Virus record (IMG/VR): IMGVR_UViG_3300023184_002233
From: an uncultured virus (IMG/VR IMGVR_UViG_3300023184_002233)
Lineage: Duplodnaviria; Heunggongvirae; Uroviricota; Caudoviricetes
Length of the DNA stretch: 20,000 bases
Reading direction: 5' to 3' (one strand)
Shown here in pieces: positions 8,062 through 14,929 of the stretch. Both the position numbers and the translations under genes were made by a program. The notes beneath the pieces are model-generated. The model ran no database searches, was not told the DNA's origin, and worked only from the letters and a program-made list of their open reading frames with translations. Every line of letters starts with the position of its first letter. Position 1 is the stretch's first letter.

Positions 8062-9300
8062 ATGAAAAAAACAATAATAAGTCTTACTGTCCTAGCTGCC
8101 GCCATTTCCGCAATGGCCCAGACGACATTAATCAATCAAACTTCCACCATATCAGGTGGTTACGGAACAACTACATTAGTTGACACTAATAGCACTTCAA
8201 ACAGCACAAGCACAGTTAACACCAACAATGTTAATAGTGGTACGATTACCAACATCAATCAAACAACGGTTGGAAGTACATCAACAAACACTAATAACAA
8301 CAATAATGTTAACAGTGGTACAATGACATACAACAATAACAATGTCAACACCGGAACAATCACAAATAATAACAACAATGTGAATTCTGGTACAATGACA
8401 TACAATAATAACAATGTCAATACTGGCACAATGACCAACATTAACCAGAATACAAGTGCCAGCACTGCTACAAATGTAAACACTAATAACAATATTAATA
8501 GTGGAACAATGACTAACATTAATCAGAACACAAACAGTTCTACTAATGTCAACACTAATAATAACATTAACAGTGGCACGATGACTAACAATAATAACAA
8601 TGTTAACACTAGCACTGTAACAAGTACAAACATTAATAGCGGTACAATGACCAACAATAACAACAACGTTAATAGTAGTACCGCAACTAATGTAAACACT
8701 AACAACAACGTTAATACTGGTACAATGACTAACAATAACAACAATGTTAACACTGGTACAATGACCAATAATAACAATAATGTTAATACTAGCACAGCGA
8801 CCAACGTTAATGCTAATACAAACAATAATGTACAGACTGGTGATATGACCAATCGTAACATTAACACAACTGAGATTACTCAGCGTGTTATTCAACCGCC
8901 ACCAACCGCGGTTGCGCCAACGATGATGAGTGGTGGTAATAATGATTTATGTACAACTGGTACAAGTGGTGGCGTTCAGACACAGATATTTGGTGTCAGT
9001 GGTGGAGGCACGATTAGAGACCAGAATTGTGAGAGACTAAAGTTATCCAAAACACTATATGATATGGGTATGAAGGTAGCTGCTGTAGCAACTATGTGTC
9101 AAGACCGTAGAGTATTTGATGCTATGATGGCAGCAGGCACACCATGCCCGTTTGAAGGTAAGATTGGTGAAGCGGCTAGGGTAGCCTGGGAAGAGAACAA
9201 AGATAGAGTCCCGACAGTAGAAGAGGAAAAACTTGATGACACTTACAAGAAAATTGGCCTTGGTGCTTTGCTTGGCGCTATCATTTATAAAGCCTTCTAA
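8062..9300 (+). CDS. Secreted/membrane-anchored protein with Asn/Thr-rich repeats and a Cys-containing C-terminal domain
   Basis: Signal peptide MKKTIISLTVLAAAISAMA; repeats NNNNVN(S/T)GTMT; C-terminal DLC...CERLKLSK...MCQD...GTPCP; terminal hydrophobic helix IGLGALLGAIIY. Confidence 0.8.
   Translation: MKKTIISLTVLAAAISAMAQTTLINQTSTISGGYGTTTLVDTNSTSNSTSTVNTNNVNSGTITNINQTTVGSTSTNTNNNNNVNSGTMTYNNNNVNTGTITNNNNNVNSGTMTYNNNNVNTGTMTNINQNTSASTATNVNTNNNINSGTMTNINQNTNSSTNVNTNNNINSGTMTNNNNNVNTSTVTSTNINSGTMTNNNNNVNSSTATNVNTNNNVNTGTMTNNNNNVNTGTMTNNNNNVNTSTATNVNANTNNNVQTGDMTNRNINTTEITQRVIQPPPTAVAPTMMSGGNNDLCTTGTSGGVQTQIFGVSGGGTIRDQNCERLKLSKTLYDMGMKVAAVATMCQDRRVFDAMMAAGTPCPFEGKIGEAARVAWEENKDRVPTVEEEKLDDTYKKIGLGALLGAIIYKAF
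8185..8870 (+). repeat. Low-complexity coding repeat (AAC/AAT-rich) encoding ~12-aa units xNNNN(V/I)N(S/T)GT(M/I)T
   Basis: More than ten imperfect copies are visible in the translation, interspersed with (S/T)xATNVNT linkers. Confidence 0.85.
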
Positions 9301-11482
9301 TTCTCAAGTAGATCCAACTACCAGTAATCTGATAAATTTTACTGGTACTCCTACGGCTACATCTGGTAATTGGGTTAATGGTGTATATGTTAATAGTTTA
9401 ACCTGCTGGCAACCGGGCGGACCGGGCAACTGCGGCCCTAATCCTAATGTACAGACCAATGGTTCTATTAATTTCTCTTATGGACAAGTGGATCTTCATC
9501 AAGTCATTAATATAAACGCTGCCTTAAAGGCAGGTGGGTCTGGTGTTCAATTAACTGGATTTAATTTTGCGTTTCGTGCTAAGAATGGTAATGGTTGGGA
9601 TAACGGTCAGCAAGATTATCTAGCAGCATATGTTTCATTATATAATGCCAATGGTACACAAGCAGCAAACTATGATTATTCTCAGCATACAAACAAGCAG
9701 TATAACTGGACTGATTTTAATTTTCGTGAAACTTTTGCCAATCCATATATTGCTTCAACATTAAGTACAGCGAGAGTGGGGTTTATTGGTAGAGACACTA
9801 ATGGTTGGGCTGGCCCTTACGGTCCTGAAATTACAAATGTTAGTTTTAATCTAGCATATAAAGTTGATCCATGCAGTACAAACTCTGCATATAGTTCAAC
9901 TTGTGCTGGCTTTAACAAAGTTATTAATACTACTAATTTATTACCGTCAAATGATTTTGCTGGTTCATACAACCAAGCTATAGCAATCAATACAGCATTA
10001 ACAAGTGCAGGAGTTGGTGCGATGGTACATGGATTCAATTATGGCTTTAGTTATAAAGTAGGACAAAGTTGGTCAGGCTGCACTGCTACTAATCAAGATG
10101 GATCATGTAGTTGGTATATGGATATTCCTGCTTCAGCAAGAGTAACCGCATCATTAACTAGTAACACTAATCAATCATTGTATCAGAAAGTTTATAGTTA
10201 TACCGGTGATAACACAAATGGTAATGTGTCTGAAAAATTTTTATTACCTTCAAGTTTGAATCAATCATCATTGGGTACAGCTAGATTGAGTGGGTCATCT
10301 ATGGGTACCGGATCTGAAGTAGGTAATTTTTGGGCTAGTATAATATATACTGCTGACCCTTGTGCTAATGATCCTTTGTATAGTACTAATTGTAAGGGGT
10401 ATGCTGCTGCGTTTGCTGCTAAATTAAGCGCCAGTAATACCATTGCTGCACAGGCTAGTACATCTACCCCAACAATTGAATCATCAACCTCAAGTACTCC
10501 AACGACAAATGTAGGCGGTGTACAAATGTCTACTACTGGTTCAATCAGTGTCCCAGACAATATTCCGCAGGCACTTAAAGATGTACAAGCAATTGCCCAA
10601 CAATCACAATTAGCATCTACACAATCAAGTAAGTCTACTCCAAACATGAGTTTGATAATGAGTTTGCTTAATCAAGCGCAAGCTAATGATAAGGCAACAC
10701 AAACAGCAGCAGTACAAAACGCACAACAAGTGGCAGCTACATCAGCAGCTAAAGCACAAGAACAAGCTAATCAAGTGGTAGAAGCATTGAATACAATGAA
10801 TCAAGCAAGTTCACAGGCATCAATGATACAAAGTAATAATATTCAATCATATGCTCAGTCATCTCAACAAAATAGTTCAGTAGTTCAATTACAACAACCA
10901 ACCGCAGCTACACAAATGACATTTGTATCACCAATTCAATCTATATCATTAACACCACCACAACAAACTTTGGGTCAAGTTACTTTTGGATCCGCAACTA
11001 TTACAGTACCGGTACTAGCACCTCAAGTTTCTGTTACTAGATATGAATCACAACAAAAGGTTGATACATCATTAGTAGCATCAGTTGCTCCGCAATTTGA
11101 GCAACCAAAGTTTGAAAACAAGCAACAAGAAGTTGATATGCCAACTGTATCGTTTAATACAAGTATGAGTCGTGGTTCTAATGTAAATGATTTATTTGCT
11201 AGCAAGATAAACATTGAATCATTGCAGTCAGAACAATCAATAGATACAGTTAACAAGAATGTATCAGCAAATGAGTTAGCGGGTAATGTTGATATTACTA
11301 GTATGGCAACAACACCTAAAGGATATGAAGCATATAGTTTTATGCTTAAAGATGCGGCCTTTTATAAAGTAGAAGCAATTTATAAAGACCAAAAGACAGT
11401 TGATAACGCAAGAGCATTTAGATCGTTATCAAATGACAGACTACATCAAGAGATGGTAGACCAACAATATAAAGGAAAATAA
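9236..11482 (+). CDS. Large secreted protein: two duplicated N-terminal domains, then a Q/S/A/T-rich stalk
   Basis: GAGGA SD at about 9223-9227 and ATG 9236, overlapping the upstream gene. Signal-peptide-like N-terminus. Duplicated motifs INAALKAGGSGVQLTGFNFAF / INTALTSAGVGAMVHGFNYGF and DPCSTNSAYSSTCAGF / DPCANDPLYSTNCKGY. Confidence 0.75.
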   Translation: MTLTRKLALVLCLALSFIKPSNSQVDPTTSNLINFTGTPTATSGNWVNGVYVNSLTCWQPGGPGNCGPNPNVQTNGSINFSYGQVDLHQVININAALKAGGSGVQLTGFNFAFRAKNGNGWDNGQQDYLAAYVSLYNANGTQAANYDYSQHTNKQYNWTDFNFRETFANPYIASTLSTARVGFIGRDTNGWAGPYGPEITNVSFNLAYKVDPCSTNSAYSSTCAGFNKVINTTNLLPSNDFAGSYNQAIAINTALTSAGVGAMVHGFNYGFSYKVGQSWSGCTATNQDGSCSWYMDIPASARVTASLTSNTNQSLYQKVYSYTGDNTNGNVSEKFLLPSSLNQSSLGTARLSGSSMGTGSEVGNFWASIIYTADPCANDPLYSTNCKGYAAAFAAKLSASNTIAAQASTSTPTIESSTSSTPTTNVGGVQMSTTGSISVPDNIPQALKDVQAIAQQSQLASTQSSKSTPNMSLIMSLLNQAQANDKATQTAAVQNAQQVAATSAAKAQEQANQVVEALNTMNQASSQASMIQSNNIQSYAQSSQQNSSVVQLQQPTAATQMTFVSPIQSISLTPPQQTLGQVTFGSATITVPVLAPQVSVTRYESQQKVDTSLVASVAPQFEQPKFENKQQEVDMPTVSFNTSMSRGSNVNDLFASKINIESLQSEQSIDTVNKNVSANELAGNVDITSMATTPKGYEAYSFMLKDAAFYKVEAIYKDQKTVDNARAFRSLSNDRLHQEMVDQQYKGK

Positions 11483-11483
11483 A

Positions 11484-12125
11484 ATGTCAGAAGAAATAAA
11501 AGATGTCAACGCAAAGATTGACGAAGCACAAGCAGCAGTAAAGAAATACGCTAGCGCAGATACTGTAATTAGTATTGGCGGGTATGAATTTACTCCGGCC
11601 AAATTAATGATAGCATTTACATTAGTGTCATCAATTTTGGGAGGACTTTATGGAGCCTTTGAAGTTTATAAAGACTACGTTGGCATGAAGAAAAAGATAT
11701 CCGAATATTCAGCACCAGACTTAACTGAGTTCGATAAAAGAATATCCATACTTGACCAAAAGATTAAGAAGGCTGAAGATTCAGTTGCTGAAGCAAATGG
11801 CTATACCCGTGATATTAAGAATGACTTAAAGAGCGATTTACGTAGAAACGAAACGGTAACTGAGCAGGTTGAAAGATTTGTTAAAGCGGCACAACGTGAT
11901 TCCGAAAGTGAGATGCGTGAAATGCGTAAAGGTGTTAGAGAAGATTTGGACAAAGCCCGTGCAGAAGCAAATGCTGTCAGAACTGAAATGGCACAAGCCC
12001 GTAGAGAAGTTAATGCCGAAACACAGACTTTGAAGAAAGAAGTTACCAAAGAAGTGGAAGTATTGAAGAAGGAACTTGACCAAAAGATACAGAAAGCTAT
12101 TGACAATCCATTGGCAAACAAGTAA
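11484..12125 (+). CDS. Single-pass membrane protein with a long coiled coil
   Basis: AAGGA SD; TM segment LMIAFTLVSSILGGLYGAF followed by an E/K/R/A-rich heptad region. Confidence 0.8.
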   Translation: MSEEIKDVNAKIDEAQAAVKKYASADTVISIGGYEFTPAKLMIAFTLVSSILGGLYGAFEVYKDYVGMKKKISEYSAPDLTEFDKRISILDQKIKKAEDSVAEANGYTRDIKNDLKSDLRRNETVTEQVERFVKAAQRDSESEMREMRKGVREDLDKARAEANAVRTEMAQARREVNAETQTLKKEVTKEVEVLKKELDQKIQKAIDNPLANK

Positions 12126-12170
12126 ACTAAACACTAGGCTAATGCGTTATATATGTATAGGAGATAAATT

Positions 12171-12512
12171 ATGAAAAAAGTACTTTTGGTTGCTGCAACC
12201 TTGTTAGTAAGTAATATGGCTTTTGCTGATATGGATTGTCGTTGGGGGATAGATCATCGTCATCCTAGATGTGGCCCTCGTTTTGAACCGCGCACAGTTA
12301 TTGTTGAACGCAATGATTGGGTAGCCCCATTGATCATTGGTGGAATTGCAGGGGCAGTCATTGCCAATGCTAATCAGCAACAGCAACAACCAGTTGTCGT
12401 TCAACAACAGCCGGTGATTGTTCAGCAACCAGTAGTTGTGTGTACTGCTTGGAAAGAGATTCAACAACCTGATGGTCAGATTTACCGTGAGCGTAATTGC
12501 TATCAACGATAA
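12171..12512 (+). CDS. Small exported/membrane protein with a Gly-rich hydrophobic segment and Q/P/V tract
   Basis: AGGAG SD; signal peptide MKKVLLVAATLLVSNMAFA; WVAPLIIGGIAGAVIA; two Cys pairs. Confidence 0.75.
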   Translation: MKKVLLVAATLLVSNMAFADMDCRWGIDHRHPRCGPRFEPRTVIVERNDWVAPLIIGGIAGAVIANANQQQQQPVVVQQQPVIVQQPVVVCTAWKEIQQPDGQIYRERNCYQR

Positions 12513-12658
12513 TGTATCGTTATAAAGTTTGGGTTAGATTGAATCAATATCAGACGGCTGATGTAACAATCAATGCTGATAATGATTATCAAGCCAAGTT
12601 ATTAGCAGAAGCTATATATGGTGTGGGAATGGTACTAAACTATACTCGTATTGACTAA
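12512..12658 (+). CDS. Hypothetical protein, 48 aa (MYRYKVWVRLNQYQTADVTINADNDYQAKLLAEAIYGVGMVLNYTRID), not in the ORF track
   Basis: TAATG stop/start coupling with the upstream gene; fills the gap up to the next SD. Confidence 0.7.
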   Translation: MYRYKVWVRLNQYQTADVTINADNDYQAKLLAEAIYGVGMVLNYTRID

Positions 12659-12668
12659 AGGAGAAATT

Positions 12669-12812
12669 ATGTTTATTGGGTTAATGGGTGTTGACAATGA
12701 TGGTAAGACCATGTATACTCCTAATGGTAACAAGATATTTTTCACACTGCCCGGGGGACTGGCGTGGCGAGTACAACAGATACAACATTGGATCGCTAAG
12801 AAAACTTGGTAA
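12669..12812 (+). CDS. Hypothetical protein, 47 aa (MFIGLMGVDNDGKTMYTPNGNKIFFTLPGGLAWRVQQIQHWIAKKTW), not in the ORF track
   Basis: Strong AAGGAG SD at about 12658-12663, ATG 12669, TAA 12810-12812. Confidence 0.7.
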   Translation: MFIGLMGVDNDGKTMYTPNGNKIFFTLPGGLAWRVQQIQHWIAKKTW

Positions 12813-12818
12813 TAAATA
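12811..12818 (+). promoter_or_regulatory. Putative late promoter (AATAAATA) driving the tmRNA precursor
   Basis: One mismatch to the T4 late consensus TATAAATA, immediately upstream of the tmRNA acceptor piece. Confidence 0.55.
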
Positions 12819-12824
12819 CTTGAT

Positions 12825-13150
12825 TGCTGTAGAGACCGTGAGGGAAGAAGCAAAGAGAAAAGTGTTCTGGACGGGGGTGCGAATCCCCCCAGGTCCACCA
12901 TAAAGCATATTACTAAATCGGCACCGGTAAAACGTTGATTACCCGGGGCAGGAAGTCTGGATACCTTGTAGTATGTTTTGTAATGGGCCTGCATAGTTTC
13001 GACAGGGCAACAAGTAACAGAGTGGACAGCACATCAGCAACGATGTAAAAAGAAGAAAATCTATAAACGCAAACGATGAAATATTTGCATTAGCAGCCTA
13101 AACGCTGCTTAGGGTTTCGGTAGGTTTCCTCGTAACAGAATAACCTACCA
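12825..13150 (+). ncRNA. ssrA: Circularly permuted (two-piece) tmRNA: acceptor piece ~12825-12900, intervening segment 12901-12984, coding piece 12985-~13150
   Basis: T-arm GGGGG-TGCGAAT-CCCCC (12873-12889) plus CAGGTCC-A-CCA (12890-12900) lies upstream of the 5' strand GGGCCTG (12985-12991). They pair as a 7-bp acceptor stem with G3.U70. D-loop-like CATAGTTTCGAC follows. Tag frame GCA AAC GAT GAA ATA TTT GCA TTA GCA GCC TAA (13069-13101) = ANDEIFALAA*. The outer ends are estimates. Confidence 0.93.
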
Positions 13151-13164
13151 TTAAGTTAAAAAAC

Positions 13165-13791
13165 ATGAATAAAGAAATTATTTACAATAGACCATTGGTT
13201 ATAGCATATTACGATTTTTTAACTTCTGGTGAGTGTAAATCCATAATAGATACAATTGATTCAGAAGAATATGTTAGGGCATTACTGTATTCTACAGTTA
13301 CAGGCAATATCACTGTACATGAATCTACTCATAGAACTAATTCTACCTATGTAGACTCTACTAAAAAATTATTGCAATTAGAGATGAAAATTACTGATTT
13401 TGTTAATACTGAATTGAATTCATTTAATGGTAAACATACTGAGTATAATACGGAAATCCCACTTAAAATACAAAAATATGAAGTGGGTGAACAATACAAA
13501 CTACATTTAGATCATTTTAATATACAAAAGAAAGTTTTTAATAATGATAGATTAGCAACATGTATTTTATATCTCAATGATGATTTTGAGGGTGGACATA
13601 CATTTTTTAAACATCTGGATATTAGTATTAAACCTAAAACAGGAATGATGTTATTTTTTAAGTATGATAGTAAATATCGGCATCAGAATTTTAGAACACT
13701 ACATGCAGGATTGCCAGTAGAATCGGGAACTAAATATATCATATCAGCATTTATTCGTGAGGGTAGTGAAATTGATTGGCAACCCATTTAA
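13165..13791 (+). CDS. 2OG-Fe(II) oxygenase, prolyl 4-hydroxylase-like
   Basis: DFLTSGEC, RTNS, KYEVGEQYKLHLD (HxD), RLATCILYLNDDFEGGHTFF, TLHAGLPVESGTKY. Confidence 0.9.
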   Translation: MNKEIIYNRPLVIAYYDFLTSGECKSIIDTIDSEEYVRALLYSTVTGNITVHESTHRTNSTYVDSTKKLLQLEMKITDFVNTELNSFNGKHTEYNTEIPLKIQKYEVGEQYKLHLDHFNIQKKVFNNDRLATCILYLNDDFEGGHTFFKHLDISIKPKTGMMLFFKYDSKYRHQNFRTLHAGLPVESGTKYIISAFIREGSEIDWQPI

Positions 13792-13886
13792 CAAAATATA
13801 ATATTCCTGTATTAACTAGCATACATTACGCAAACAGTATACTTACTTTGCGAGAATACATAATTTATTTGACTGTATTTCTACTG

Positions 13887-13921
13887 CTAAATATTAATCT
13901 AGCCTGAGCAATCAGGTTTTT
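13887..13921 (+). promoter_or_regulatory. Late-type promoter cTAAATA followed by a GCAA-tetraloop hairpin upstream of the porin
   Basis: TAAATA at 13888-13893. AGCCTGA-GCAA-TCAGGTT (13901-13918) is followed by T's, so it is either a 5' leader hairpin or a terminator. AAGGA SD precedes ATG 13940. Confidence 0.45.
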
Positions 13922-13939
13922 ATTTAAAGGAAATTTAAT

Positions 13940-14824
13940 ATGAAGAAAATCGCACTTGCGACAATTTTAGCCGCTGCATCTCTTGCAGCATCAGCACAAG
14001 TTACCGTTTACGGTAAGTTACGTGCTTATGAAGAATCAGTAACAGTTGGATCTGCGTCAGCAGTAACAGCACTAACCAACGATTCAAGTCGTTTGGGTTT
14101 TAAAGGTACTGAAGCATTGAGTGGCGGACTATCTGCTAACTTCACAATTGAAACTGGTATCGGTGCAGATGCTCCAGCAGCAACTACACTAGGTGATAGA
14201 ACTATGCAAGTGGGTTTATCAAATGCTTTGGGTTCAGTTGGTGTTGGTCGTGATAAACATACAATCGCACGTACACTTGATAACTATGACGCAATGGGTA
14301 ATGTATACGGTTCTAGTACCGCTGTCATTCACGCTGCTCAAGGTTCACGTTTAAGTAACGCTTTGTTTGTATCAGCAACTCCAATGGCTGGTTTAACTGT
14401 TAACTACATCAATAGTAATAGCGAAGTAGCAGGAGTTAATAACGCACAAGCTGCTAGTATTGAATTTACTCGTGGTCCAATCAGTGCTACTGTAGCAAAT
14501 TTTGATAACGGTACAACAAGTACTTCAACAATCTATGGTGCAAAAGTTAAAGTTGAAAAGACAGGTACAACTGTTTTCGCTACTTACTCTGATGATAAAG
14601 TTTCAGGCGTAACTACAAGTGGCAAGAGTATCGGTGTTAATCACCCAGTTACTAGTTCATTGATGGCACTTGCTAGCTATGGTGAGAACAATACTACTAA
14701 AGCATTAGACTTAGGCGCAAGCTATAGTTTAAGCAAGCGTACAACAGTTCACGCTCGTTACATCAAAGAAGATGCAGCAGCAACCACTACTAAGTATGCA
14801 TTGGGTATGGAACACAATTTCTAA
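13940..14824 (+). CDS. Gram-negative trimeric porin (Neisseria/Burkholderiales type)
   Basis: Signal peptide; VTVYG, SRLGFKGTEALSGGLSANFTIETG, VGLS..LGSVGVGR, LGASYSLSKRTTV, terminal LGMEHNF with C-terminal Phe. Confidence 0.92.
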   Translation: MKKIALATILAAASLAASAQVTVYGKLRAYEESVTVGSASAVTALTNDSSRLGFKGTEALSGGLSANFTIETGIGADAPAATTLGDRTMQVGLSNALGSVGVGRDKHTIARTLDNYDAMGNVYGSSTAVIHAAQGSRLSNALFVSATPMAGLTVNYINSNSEVAGVNNAQAASIEFTRGPISATVANFDNGTTSTSTIYGAKVKVEKTGTTVFATYSDDKVSGVTTSGKSIGVNHPVTSSLMALASYGENNTTKALDLGASYSLSKRTTVHARYIKEDAAATTTKYALGMEHNF

Positions 14825-14846
14825 TCCAATCTAATCACATTGATTA

Positions 14847-14867
14847 TAAAGGGGCACTGCCCCTTTA
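14847..14867 (+). terminator. Hairpin after the porin gene (probable intrinsic terminator)
   Basis: TAAAGGGGC-ACT-GCCCCTTTA inverted repeat; the U-tract is short. Confidence 0.55.
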
Positions 14868-14872
14868 GCCAT

Positions 14873-14907
14873 ATGTAATATTACTGTCACAATTTAGTCA
14901 CTAAATA
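14873..14907 (+). promoter_or_regulatory. Pho box (three 11-bp-phased half sites) abutting a cTAAATA late promoter
   Basis: ATGTAAT (14873), CTGTCAC (14884) and TAGTCAC (14895) are spaced exactly 11 bp apart with AT-only spacers, matching the PhoB consensus CTGTCA(T/C). TAAATA at 14902-14907. Confidence 0.7.
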
Positions 14908-14929
14908 TTTGTGTAACAAAGGAGATTAC

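Noticed and set aside
8259..8895. Hydrophobic antisense ORFs (L/V/I-rich)
   Set aside because: They are shadows of the AAC/AAT repeat on the coding strand.
12865..12900. Stand-alone tRNA-Ala or attP-like tRNA 3' fragment
   Set aside because: There is no upstream D-arm or anticodon arm. The matching 5' acceptor strand lies downstream with a tag frame, which fits a permuted tmRNA. No integrase is present in the window.
12635..12994. ORF-track ORFs 12635..12994(-), 12681..12908(-) and 12688..12903(+)
   Set aside because: They overlap the tmRNA and two better-supported small plus-strand genes, one with a strong SD and one with stop/start coupling.
14909..14929. TTG start for pstS given in the ORF track
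   Set aside because: The AAGGAG SD and the signal peptide place the start at ATG 14930.
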